Positions 37,804-49,842 of a stretch of 64,000 bases of DNA are shown piece after piece; within the stretch, counting starts at the first letter, position 1, and each line of letters begins with the position of its first letter. A model generated the notes under the pieces. The model was not told where the DNA came from. It saw only the letters and a list, made by a program, of their open reading frames with translations, and ran no database searches. The DNA is from Squalus acanthias (taxonomy: Eukaryota). The translations under genes and the position numbers were made by a program. Location: assembly GCA_030390025.1 (NCBI GenBank), contig CM059432.1, positions 46,440,001 through 46,504,000 on the forward strand. The letters run 5' to 3'.

Positions 37804-38860
37804 CCATCAAACTCTTGTCCTCGTCCATTTTTGGAAAAAATATTGGCACTGAAAATCTCTGACGATTCCATTGGTCTTTCACTCCCACCCCAGAAGAAAA
37901 AGTGCCACGTGTTTGCCCATCCCGGGATTTTCTGACATGTCCTGAAAGGGGGCGAAGCCTCCAGCTGTTCCTTTACAAGGCAGCTATCAGCAGGGGTGGA
38001 GGTCTCCTACACAGGGAATTTCTGCATATTAGGCTTATACCCTAAATGAGAAGAGGGAAGTGACCTAAGCCCTCAAAGAAAGTGAACTTTCTTGCACAGA
38101 CAGCTGAAGGAGACATTGTAGGGGTCTGGCAGGGGGGAGGCAGTGATGTTGGGGTGGGGGAAGGTTGGCGGGGAATGTCTTCAGCAATGGAGCTTCCCAG
38201 TATTCAAAACCTCATTTTGAAGACACATTGGGGGAAAAATTTGCAGGGCTATGGAGAATGAACAGGGGAGTGGGACTAATTGGATAGCTGTTTCAAAGTG
38301 CCAGCACAGGCACAATGGGCTGAATGTTCTTCTTCTGTGCTGTATGATTCCTGGGGGGAAAAATTCAGTTGGTTTGCGCCTCCCATTAGCGCCTCAAGAG
38401 GGCGCTAATGGGGAGCAAAGCACCTAGCGCCCGGGCGCGGCGATATCTGCGCCGCTCGCGAAATTGACCAGACATTTTGTGGCGGCGCTAAACAATACCG
38501 CCCCGATCTCCTGCGCACGCAGATCTTGACGTCATCCGAGCGTGCAACGCCCTTGTGGCGCCCCGGAGCAGATATTGAGTGGCGCCCCCCTCCTTTCCGC
38601 CTGGTGCAAGCAATGACAAGTAGACTGGATCGTTTCCCAGTCGCTGTGGGGCTGGGGGGGCGCTATTTAAACGCGGCCTCTTCCTGGCTTTTTCTGTGGT
38701 AGACATTTTTGCACCACTCGTTCTGACAGAGAGAGAGATTCTGAGAGAGAGGAGAGACTTCTGCATAGAGTCAATGCTGTGTGAAGTAGTTTTGGCTACT
38801 GAGCATCACTTTGCAGGTACTTTTGTTTTTGACCTTCATTACTTTGATTGCTAAGAGACT

Positions 38861-39730
38861 GTGGGGGCTGCACTGATTGGGGGCATCATCCTGCGCTGGC
38901 AGATTCGGAGGCCACAGAGACGCAGAGAGAGAGTGGCAATCATGGCCAGACGGATGAGGGCCAACAGCCCTCTGTACAGGAGACCTTACCCTCCCAGAGT
39001 ATTTCACCAACAATTCTCCTGCATTAATATGTCTGAGGAGCAGTGTTTGCGAAGGCTGCGCTTCAGCAAGGAGGTGGTCACTGAGCTCTGCAACCTGCTG
39101 CAGCCAGATCTGCAGCCTCTACTGAGGACCAGGACGTCTCTGTCGGTGGCAGTGAAGATCACAGTGGCTCTGAACTTTTATCGCCAATATCTCCCAGTTT
39201 GCTGTCCATCGCTGCATCCGTCAGGTCACAAATGCCGTCTATAAAAGGAGACGACAGTACATCTCTTTCCCGATGACCTGGGCCAAACAGTATGAACACG
39301 CTCTGGGCTTTGCGAGGATAGCGGGCTTCCCCATGGTGCAGGGTGCCATTGACTGCACGCATGTGGCATTGCGTGCATCGCATGAGAATGCAGAGGATTT
39401 CCGCAACCGAAAGGGATTCCACTCCCTAAACGTCCAGTTGGTCTGTGACCACAGACAGCTGATACTCGCTGTCAATGCCCGCTATCCTGGCAGCAGCCAC
39501 GATGCATTCATCCTACGCTAGACTACTGTGGCAGACCTTTTCCAGGCACCGCATCACCCAAGTGGTTGGCTTCTCGGGGACAAGGGTTATCCACTGTGCA
39601 CCTGGCTGATGACACCGCTCCATTCCCCCAACACCCCTGCTGAGCTGTGGTACAACGAGAGCCATCTCGCCACCAGGAATATCGTTGAGCACACAATCGG
39701 CGTGCTCAAGCAACGGTTCCGCTGTCTGGG
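38861..39730 (+). pseudogene. Harbinger transposase, disrupted and C-terminally truncated
   Basis: [89 protein letters not shown] retained but with a deletion and a stop. Confidence 0.92.
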
Positions 39731-39957
39731 CCTCCCATAGGTGAATAGCCCTTACTGTATGCAGCCATGGTCTTGCCTGATGTGCCTCCCATTGGTGAAT
39801 AGCCCTTACTGTATGCAAAGTGTGGAATGTGCATGTGTGTTTCATGAGAGGGCCATAGGTGTTGGATGAGTGTTAGGCATTGGGGTTTTAAGACCCTCTG
39901 GCCATAGAGTGAGGTTGAGATGGAGGGATGGAGAGGTATTGAAAAAAAGCCACTCAC

Positions 39958-40194
39958 CCTGATGACCCGAGTGAGGTCATTGAACTTTTTGCGACATTGA
40001 GTATGGGTCCTGGGCACCATGCTCCTGGAGGAGACGTGCTGAGCCAACTCCCTCCACACTCTTCTGTACTCGCGGGGCAAAGGCCTCCTGCCACTCTCAG
40101 GGAAGAGTATAGATCTTCTGCGCTCCACTGCGCCAACCAGAGCATCCAAGGCCCGCTCGCTGAAGCGCTGAGCTCGTTCTCTCACCCTCTCCAT
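39958..40194 (-). pseudogene. Harbinger Myb/SANT exon 1 (open, 79 codons); downstream exons deleted
   Basis: MERVRERAQRFSERALDALV...VWRELAQHV...RTHTQCRKKFNDLTRVIR|GTGAGT. Confidence 0.88.
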
Positions 40195-40827
40195 AGTCCT
40201 TGGCTGGATGATTTAGGCACAGGTCTCTCCGGGCCGAGATTCAAGGCTCCAATGAGCAGGGTGTGGCTGGAGAGCAAGATCGACCCTCCCCTTTAAGAAC
40301 TGGCCAGCGCCAGTGTGTCTGTGTTCCATCGCTAACTGACAGCACCTGCGCTGCGCACGCGCTCTGAGTTAGCGCCTCGCTCCTCAGCCTTTGCGCCTTA
40401 AGACAGGTGTGTAGCACCTGATTTAGCGCTCCAATCACCTCCAGGGGCAATAAAAGTCAAGTTTGCAGTTGGAGGCGATAATTGGAGGCGATAATTAGCG
40501 CCAGGCGCTAAACTTTGCGCACGGCCGATAATGGCGCCCCAAACGGGGCAATACTGAATTTTTCCCCCTATGATTCTAGGATTTGCACAACTGTAATTCA
40601 ACCTTCTAATATTATCTGAAATATTCCATGTGACCACAGGTTCAGCGTACATTTGTATGCAACCACTGGCCATTTCCAATTATGGTCACATTGAGTTTGG
40701 AATAAATCTTTTTTCACCCCTTTCTGTTGGAGGCACTGACTCCTTGTTGTGGTCCTATTTCAAGGAAACCGGTTGCCATCCAATACCTTGCTCAAATGAT
40801 ATTACTCTTGTGTGATTCGACAGTGAG

Positions 40828-41390
40828 GAGGCGATTTTAACCCTAGCTGCCTGGTGGAATCTGCGGCTAGACAATTAAAAAGGCCTGAGTCACTTATCCG
40901 CCCTGAAGCCACCAGAATCTCTCCATCCGCAATCAACTGAGCAGGCGGCAAGGGCACCCAAAGCCGCCGGGGTCCTTCTTTATATATGCATGTCGGGTCC
41001 CGATGACGTGATTGGGATCCGACTGCAATTTTAACTCAGATTCGAGTGGGGAAGCCTCTGTGGCTTTCTCATCAGGAAAACCTGGAACAGAAGAGGATCA
41101 GCCCCAGAAGAGGACGTATAAGGTTTCTTTCCTTTTTGTGGGGACAGAAGGAGAAGGAGTGCTCCGCCGGGCCCCACAAGGAAAGCTTAGGCCTCCTCTA
41201 CTCCGGATTCCCCCCCCCCCCACCCCCCCGCCCCCTTCCCGAATGCAGGAACCCTATGAGATGCTCCTGGAACCTGATTCCGCCACCTACCTTACATTGG
41301 CAGGTGATACCCAGGCGCGCATTTTTCCGCCAGAGGGATTAAATTGACGCCGTGTCTCATTCTGCCGCAAGGGGATGGAAAATTGAATCA
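40828..41390. mobile_element. Decayed GC-rich MITE
   Basis: aggcgattttaac start; internal G/C tract; resembles family C layout; right end uncertain. Confidence 0.4.
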
Positions 41391-42329
41391 CCAGTCGGAA
41401 ACCAAGCTGGCAGTTCAAATCCAGGCCTTATGTTAGCAGGCTGTTTGACTGGAGGAAGAATCACTGCACAGCCAATCATGTCCTCACTGAATGTCCACGC
41501 GCACACGACCAGCAGAGTTCACTGGATTGTGGTCAGGAGCAGGAACCATGGCACATCGCACCAGCTGAGATCAGTTAACTGAGCACAGACATCGAACAGG
41601 ATACTCCTGGTCTGTATGGCTCAGCTGCTCACTGTGTAAACCCACTGAACCATCATTGGAGCAAAACTTTGTTTTTTGAACATATACAGTAGTTTCCACC
41701 CAGGGAAATGCTAAATAATTTTGGGACCTGAAATAAAAAGGCAACTACTGGACTGATTGAGAAAATTTCAGAAAATGGAGACAAGCGAGGGCTTCGGAAA
41801 AGAGCTACTTCTCAACAACTTTCCAGGCACCACTTGTATTTTAAATAGTTTTTCAGCTTTAGTGGGTGGGTCTTACTTTACATCTACAGTATATCCCCCA
41901 AGAAGGTGTGATGGTGAAACTTCATAACTCGACAATGCTGTCTTATACTACAGCATTTTTTTCTAGTACCATAGACACCACAAACAAATATAGCAAAGCA
42001 TTGTGATACTACAATTATTGAGGCCTAGTCTTCCTTGTTCTGATGGTTGTTAATCTGTTTGAAAATTCGATTGCCTGGGTTCGTTTGGTCTCATCGCTAA
42101 AATTGGCAGCAGTGGTCATAAAATTAATTATGTTGGAAAAAATCTCAGGTTTTACCTTTGTCGTAGAGCTCCTGACTAATAGTAGAAACCAAGCAATTCT
42201 GTAGCTTTTTAAAAATGTTAACAATTTTTTGCTTAAAAAGCACTGAAGTCATGCTTTTAGAGGAAACTACACAGATTGAAATAGAGCTCAGATTACTTTT
42301 CTTATATCTATCACAAATTCACTTTTATT

Positions 42330-42613
42330 GACCCGGAATTTGCGGTCAGCGACGAAGCAAAGGCGTTTGCCGCTGGCCCTGAAGAAAGCTGCCTACAGTT
42401 TTTGTCAGTTTCACTGATTTCACTGATTACACTGGTTGCTAGCTATGGGGTGGGGGGTTTCCAAAGCGCAGCCAGTGTCAGAGCAGTGAATGACTGACCG
42501 CAACTTCAGGATTTCGGCGTTTAGATGCGCATGCGCTACATCCTGAAGATGCCATCAGTTTCAAAGGCGAACGCTATTAGTTTGCCGTTATTACCCATTG
42601 CAAATTCCAACCC
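42330..42613. mobile_element. MITE family B short copy
   Basis: gacccggaatttgcggtcagcg ... gcaaattccaaccc; blocks shared with 13316-14845. Confidence 0.75.
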
Positions 42614-42982
42614 ATGATTGAATTTCACTCTTGAGAACAGCTGTTTACTCTGTTGCTGAGGTATTAGCAGTCTTTGGTCTCCAGATGATCGTGTCACATT
42701 GTTGCTGGCTAACATACAGTATATGGAAAAATTGAAGGGGATTATCAAGGTAATCTGAAATAAGGCCGTGGGAGGGTTTTGAAATGTGTGCTAGAAACCT
42801 GAAGTCAACTTGTTGGGGCAAGGAGAGCTAGGGGATCTTGGAGAGGAAAGTGGTGATAGGACTACAAGACTTTGTACAGTTTGAACATGGCTACAGTGTT
42901 TTAGGTGAGTTATAAATTGTGGAGTGTTGAGGTGAAGAAGCCAGCTCTGGGAACATTAGAGAAGTCAAGTTTGAGGTGAAGA

Positions 42983-43437
42983 ATTACATAGGATATACGG
43001 CACGGAAACAGGCCATTCGGCCCAACAAGTCCATGCCGGCGTTTATGCTCCACTTGAGCCTCCTACCTTCTTTCCTCGTCTAACTCTATCAGCATAACCC
43101 TTTATTCCCTTCTCCCTCATATGCTTGTCTAGCCTCCCCTTAAATGCATCTATACTATTCGCTTCATCACTCCCTGTGGTAGCGAGTTCCACATTCTCAC
43201 CACTCTCTGGGTAAAGAAGTTTCTTCTGAATTCCCTATTTGATTTCTTGGTGACTATCTTATATTGATGGCCTCTAGTTTTGCTCTTCCCCACAAGTGGA
43301 AACATTCTCTCTGTGTCTATCAAAACCTTTCATAATTTTAAAGACCTCTATTAGGTCACCCCTCAGCCTTCTCTTTTAAAGAGAAAAGAGACCCAGCCTG
43401 TTCATCCTTTCCTGATGGGTATACCCTCGCATTTCTG
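42983..43437 (-). mobile_element. CR1 LINE 3' fragment
   Basis: Reverse CR1 C-terminal sequence (accactctctgggtaaagaagttt; ttcataattttaaagacctctattaggtcacc). Confidence 0.82.
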
Positions 43438-43477
43438 AGAAGGCATAGACTATGGTTTGGAGAGATACAGGAGAATG

Positions 43478-44430
43478 CAACAACAATAATAATAACTTAC
43501 ATTTTTATAGTGCCTTTAATACAGGAAAATGTTCGACGGTGCTTCAAAGTAGCAGAATCAAACAAAAATTGACACCAAGCCAAAGAAGGAAACATAAGGA
43601 TGGGTGGCCAATGACTTGGTTACAGCAGTAGGTTTTAAGAAGGGTCTTAAAGGAGGAATGAGAGGTGGAGAAGTTCAAGGAGGGAATCCCAGAGCTTAGG
43701 GCCTTTTACGGCTGAAGGCACATCTGCCAATGGTGGGGCTAAGGGAATAAGAGGCCAGAGTTGGAGGAACACAGAGTTCTCGGAGGGTTGTAGAGCTGGA
43801 GGGTGTTACAGAGATAGGGAGGGGCGAGGCCATGGAGGGATTTGAAAATGAGGTTGAGATTTTTTAAATAATCAGTGTTGCTGATGTAGGTCAGCAAGCA
43901 CAGGGGTGATGGGTAACCGGGACTTGGTGCGAGTTAGGAAATGGGCAGCGGAGTTTTGGATGAGCTCCAAGTTTATGGAAGGTGGAAGATGGGAGGCCGG
44001 CCAGGGCAGCATTGGAATAGTCAAGTATAGAGTTAACAAAGGCATGGATGTGGTTTCAGCAGCAGATGAGCTGAGGCAGGCACGGGGTTGGGCAATGTTA
44101 CGGAGGTGGAAGTAGGTGGTCTTGGTGATGGCGTGAATATGTGGTCAGAAGCAATGTTCCCCCTAATTTTTTTTGGGGGGTGCAGCCCCTTTAAGGGGCT
44201 GCACAGCCCATTCACATTTTCACACATGTGCAAAATTTAACATTGAAAAATCCGGTCCCCGGGCTGTGAGGGACTGGCAGAGCACTGCACAGCCACAAGG
44301 CCGCGCAGCTTAGAGGGAACGTTGGTCGGAAGCTCATCTCAGGGTCAAATAAAACACCAAGGTTGTGAATGGTCTAGCTCAGCCTCAGACAGTTGCCAGG
44401 GAGAGGGATGGAGTCGGTGGCTAGGGAACG
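43478..44430 (-). mobile_element. L2-type LINE fragment containing a hAT-type MITE
   Basis: caacaacaataat...ttatagtgcc tail; reverse of the 12225 family extended 5'. Confidence 0.82.
44152..44324. mobile_element. hAT-type MITE
   Basis: TIR caatgttccc / gggaacgttg; 8-bp TSD gtcagaag / gtcggaag. Confidence 0.85.
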
Positions 44431-44612
44431 GAGTTTGTGGCGGGGCCCCTTCCGAATATTTCATTGGAGCAGAGCTTTGATTTCCATGTTTTCTCATTGT
44501 CCAAGCTCCAATACAAAAATATAGTATTGGTGTACCATGTTGGAGAAGGATCCAAAATCCTGGCAACTTTAATACAACACTGGAAGATTGACAAGTGTAG
44601 AACACAAACAGT

Positions 44613-45376
44613 GGCCCAAAAATTCGTCCCTTCCCGGATGAGTACGCGCTCTGTACTCACCCGTATTGCTTCCCGAAGTGCCGGTTTCCTGCATGCACTG
44701 TGCATGCGCGGGAAACCGGAACTTCCGGTATGATGAAGGGGGCGGTTCCTAGGTGAACCGCGTGCGCGCTATAGGCTGCGCGCACGCAGCACACTTAGAT
44801 TTTTTTTCAGGTTTCTACGCGAGGGTAAGAATGGAAGATACTATGCTAATGAAAAGGAGGCGTAAGACCCGTTTTGAACAAGGTAAGTGGTTAATTAAGT
44901 ATAATTTTAAAAAAATTTCAACAGGTTTATCTTTTTTAGATACTTTAAAGAAAGGTAAGTTTATTTTTATCACTTTTAAAAAGTATTTTAATTTTTTCAA
45001 AAATTTAAATTTTTGTTTAAAGTGGTTAATTTATTTAACTATAGTTATTTTATAAATGTGATGGTTTTTTTTAAAATTTATTTTAAGTTTAGCTGTCCTT
45101 TTGGGGCCGATTTCAATTCACAGATTTGACAGGTCTCCTGTCAAATCTATGAATGAAAGATGGTCTGCTGCCATTGGCTCTCCATGGCCCACGTGATCCC
45201 AGGGGACGCATCGCACGAACTGCGCCCCTGGAACACGCAAGCACTGCGCGCCGGCAGTTGGGAGAGGCCCAGGACCCGAAGTTCCCGTGGGCCCAAAACA
45301 CAACGGCAGGCGCGGTAGGTAAGAGCGTCCGCGATCCTTACCCCCGCGGCAAGCCGGAGAGGCGAATTTCTGGGCC
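44613..45376 (+). mobile_element. MITE family A, copy 3
   Basis: TIR ggcccaaaaattcg / cgaatttctgggcc; colinear with copy 1. Confidence 0.9.
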
Positions 45377-46470
45377 GATGTACAATGGAATGTTCTAAAA
45401 AGCAAGGAGGCTAAAAAAGGAAATAAGAGCAGATATGACAGTAGTATGATGTCGTTATACAGTAGAAGCCACTTTAAAGAGGCACATTTGTGATGAGACA
45501 AATGTTCCATTTACCCAGTTGATTGTACCCTTAAAGTAAATACTATTGGGGTGATGTGGTGATACAGTGGGTGGGTTCACTGAGGTCCTATAGTAAAGTA
45601 GTGCAAGATCATTTGTTCACAGCCAAAAATGTGTTCACCCAATTTCGTACTATTGTGATCTTAGCAAGGCTTTACAAAGGGGAGCGTGAATGGATGCCAA
45701 ACTATAACACAGACAGCAGGGAAATTTCAGTGCACAAGTTACCTTGGGTCACTGTCACATATCTGGTAGTAGACGCTTACAGAACAACATACATAGTAGG
45801 CTGGGAGTAGGTTGTCTGACTGGCTTACTCAGTGAACTTGCATTGTAGCTCATTAGCAGGGATGCTTCTATATTAATGTTATTAAATCATAAATGTTTAA
45901 TTTCACATTTCATTGTGGACTTTTTGCTTGTGGTAAATGAACTTATTAGTCCCTCCAAAATGGAAAAATAAACATTTGGGAATATATTATTTATTCATTA
46001 TTCTATAGAGAGTAGTTCGGTTGATGAAGCTATTTTAATTTACAGTGAGATTTTAAAATCAGCAGCTGCTAATTAAAAAGATATTCAAACCTCTGGGGAA
46101 GGCACAGGAATTGGCTGGTGTAGGTTTTCCAGCTGCTGTTTTACATTACAAGTGTCTTGTGTAGACTGGGAGTGAACTCTTCAGCAAAAGTACTGATATC
46201 TCACAGTAACACACTTTTCGGGTGGCCCTATTCTTAAATTAGCTTGGTTAACTTTGAATTTATTGGCGCAGGTTTACCAGGAAGGATTTAAAGAAGAATA
46301 TAAGTTTCAGGATCACTGGGGGAAGATTTTGTTCTTGTGCTAGGTGTAGCAAAATCCTAAATCCATTTGTGAAGAATAGCATTAATATTTTGCTACACCT
46401 GCTGCTCAGTAGAAATCTTTCCCCACTGTTAAACAATTTTGTTATTATTTGGAATGCACAATTTGGATAA

Positions 46471-47492
46471 ATCATAGAATCTTACAGCACAGAAGGGGCC
46501 ATTCGGCCTGTCGTGTCTGTATCGGCTCTTGGAAAGATCTGTCCAATTTAATTCCACACCCCAGCCTTTCCCCTTAACCCTGCAAATTAGTTCTCTTCAA
46601 ATTCATGTCAAATTGCCTTTGGAAAGTTCCTATGGAATCTAATTCCACCACCCTTTCAGGTAGTGCGTTCCAGATTATAACAACTCTCTGTGTGAATTAA
46701 TTTCTCCTAATTTTCCCTCTAATTCTTTTTTTTATTATTTTAAATCTATGACCTCTGGTTACCGACCCACTTGCAGAATTGAACAATTTCTCTCCACTTG
46801 CTTATCAAAACCCCTCATAATTTTGAATACCTCTATTAGGTCTCTTAACGTTCTCTGCTCTAAGGAGAACATTCCCAGCTTCTCCAATCTCTCCACATAA
46901 CTGAAGTCACTCATCCCTAGTATCATCCTGGTAAACCTCCTCTGTACTCTCTCCAAGACCTTCACATTGTTCCTAAAGTGTGGTGCCCAGAATTGTACAC
47001 AATACTCCAGCTGAGGCCCAACCAGTGATTTATAAATGTTTAGCATGACTTTCTTGTTTTTGTATTCAATGTCGCTATTTACAAAGCCAAGTATCCCATA
47101 CACTTTCTTAACTGCCTTATCAACTTGCCCTGCCACCTTCAAGGATTTGTGAATGTGCACCCCAGGTCCCTCTGCTCTTGCACCCCTGTCAAAATAGTAC
47201 CATTTAGATTATACTGCCTCTCCATGTTGTTTCTCCCAAAATGCAGCACTTCACACTTATCTGCATTAAATTGTATCTGCCATGTGTCTGCCCATTTCAC
47301 CAGTCTGTCCATGGCCTCCTGAAGTCACCTACAATCCTTCTCACTACTTGCTACATTGCCAAGTTTTGTATCATCCGCACACTTCGAAATTGTACTCCCT
47401 ATATCCAAGTCCAGGTCATTTATATATAACAAGAAAAGCAATGGTTCTAATTCCGACCCCCTGCGGGACCCTACTGCATACTTCTCTCCAGT
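46471..47492 (-). mobile_element. CR1 LINE 3' part, decayed
   Basis: PQLEYCVQFWAPH...VQRRFTRMI...DLIEVFKIM; gaccccctgcgggacc (GVPQGS) at the 5' end. Confidence 0.9.
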
Positions 47493-49678
47493 CAGTTAAA
47501 ACTGTACACTTTAGAAAAACAAATTAATTAATAAAGCCAGTCAATTTCTTTTTTTTCCCCCTAATAAAATTGTGAAACAATACTAAATTCTGGAAATGTA
47601 TATGCTGTTAAATTTACTTGAACTGTTGGAAAGTTCACTGCAACTCTGCTCTAAAATACCATTCATTTTTTGTGTCGTTTCAGACATTGTCAGGATCTTG
47701 TAATTTTTGGTTGTTTTTATTCCTTTGCTGTGTTAAGTTCGGTCCTTGAACTGTGTTCAAATGAGAGTGGCCTTTTTTTTCTGTATGTGCTTCATCAGTT
47801 TGAGTTGCTGCTGGAACTTTGACATTTTACACTTGTTTGACTCGTGCATTCAGAGGCAGCAACGTGAATTTGTTCAGCCTACACGTATCTGTATGTGTGT
47901 GATTGTGCGTGAAGAACTGTGTATATATCTGTAAAGGCAAGGTCTGTTACTGGCTGAAATGAGCATAGTTTATCTTCCTAGTTGATTCATGAATATTAAT
48001 AGAAACATCCTGGATGATTCTACACAAATGTGCATAACGGTTCACCAAGTAGTTCATGCATGTCCCTGATTTTATTTTCTACTTTTCTCCCTTTCTGTCC
48101 TGAAGGTAATGAATCATGATTTGGTATGGGTCAACAGATGCTGAGTACCCTTCAGAACCTCAGCCAAGTGGCTGTTCTTCAGTTGTAAACCGCGGCAATA
48201 AGTGTCTGCTGGCTATATGACTGAGAGGGATATCACAGCTGAGCCTGACCATGTCCTCCACTCATTCTCCACACACATTCGTTTTCCAGCGATTAGGAGT
48301 GGAAACCTTGACCAATTGTTCCCCGTCCTACCTCAGAGACATGGACCAGAAATTTCCTCAGAGCTTCTCCTGCTCTGCCGTCATAACTTCACCAATAGTG
48401 TGGCGGAAACCCTTTTTACATGTGGAAACGGAGTACTGCCATACTGCCAAGGAAGTAATTTTGCCAAAGTGAGAGCTCCTCCGAAAGAAAATGCCCGATC
48501 ATTCTGACATTAAAGCCAATTGAGCCCAATGCTGCTCAGCACACACCAGGGATGGAATCTGCAACCACACCACACAGTAGGGCCGATTTTATCTCCCTCC
48601 TCCTAGCAGTAGTGGCTCTAAAATTGAAGTGCTGCAAATACCACTCTCTGATCCCAGCCAGGGGCCTTCACAAGGGTGGCCCAGGCCTGAAGCAGATCGG
48701 GAACTTCATTAAAGTATGTCAGTCATAGGACCCCTTAAAGGGGCCGCTAGCGGCCGCTCACAAAATGGCTGAAGAATGTACTCCTCCTGGACCCACACAA
48801 TAAAATATGGGCTGCTCCCAGTCCATGCTAGACTCATCCTGGGATCGGCTCTCACCTGATCCTAGACTCTCACTATCATTTAGCACCTACAACTTGCAGG
48901 CGGTATGTAAATGAGGCTTGGGCCTCTAAAAGCCCTGCCACTCGCCTGTTCTTCCCTGCTAGTTACAATCGGTTATAGTATATTTAACCTTCATGGATAT
49001 TATTTCTTTTAGTTTCTGGATGTTGATAACTGAAGTGTGGAGATTATCAGAATTCATGAAAATACAGTATGAAACAAGCTAGGATAGGCGCAATGGACCT
49101 GCTGGTCATTTCCTGTCCCTTATTTTTGTCTGTTAGTATCAGGGGAGGTCTTACAATTTATATGTCAATGGCAGGCTGGGGAAACCTCTCAGGAATGCAC
49201 TTCCTCCCCTCCCTACCCCCGCAGAAGATTCTCTCACAAAGGGGGCCATTTCAAAACCTTAAAGGAAACAATTTTTTGGACAAATCTTTGGGGGTCCAGG
49301 ACATGATCCTGCTCTGAATACCCTGGTAGATCTCATAACAGCCAATGCGTTATGACACAAAGTCATCTCCGAAACCTCAGAGGGACTGCTGCCTGCTTCT
49401 TCAAATCTGCCCCAACCCTGACCTATTTCCCTGGGTTCAGGCTTATTTCCAATGTGTGTCGGGCTCCCAGCAGTATTCCCGCTGCCAAGAGAGAACCTGC
49501 CATCAGTCCGAATGGGAAATCCCAGCAGTGTTACTGCAGCACCACAAGAGGCGGGGCGGATTTAAAGGGGCAGTAACACCCCAAAGGCAGCAGGAACTGT
49601 AGCCACGTGAGGGTAGAATGGAAGAAGAGGAGGCCACTACAAGGCCTTTCCCTCCATGGGGCACCTCAGGGCTGTTAC

Positions 49679-49842
49679 AAACGTTCCCTCTAAGCTGCGC
49701 GGCCATGCAGCTCTCTGCCGGTCCCACACAGCCCGAGACCGGCTTTTCCAACGTGAAATTTTGCGCATGTGTGAAACTGAATAGGCCACGCAGCCCATTA
49801 AAGGGATCGCGGACCCTCCCCAAAAAATTAGGGGGAACATTG
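49679..49842. mobile_element. hAT-type MITE, inverted copy of 44152-44324
   Basis: TIR aacgttccc / gggaacattg; 8-bp TSD gctgttac / gctatcac. Confidence 0.82.

Larger units (their letters stand above)
38354..40568. mobile_element. PIF/Harbinger element with central deletion
   Basis: 16-bp TIR gggggaaaaattcagt / actgaatttttccccc; inserted in a CR1 (tatgattc) tail; transposase on +, Myb exon 1 on -. Confidence 0.92.

Noticed and set aside
39730..39817. CRISPR-like repeat-spacer unit
   Set aside because: Only two repeats, eukaryotic intron context, no cas genes.
39706..40194. 162-aa stand-alone Myb/SANT (MSANTD/NAIF1-like) gene
   Set aside because: Similarity ends at the GTGAGT donor (39957); the remainder is read-through into intron sequence inside a deleted transposon.
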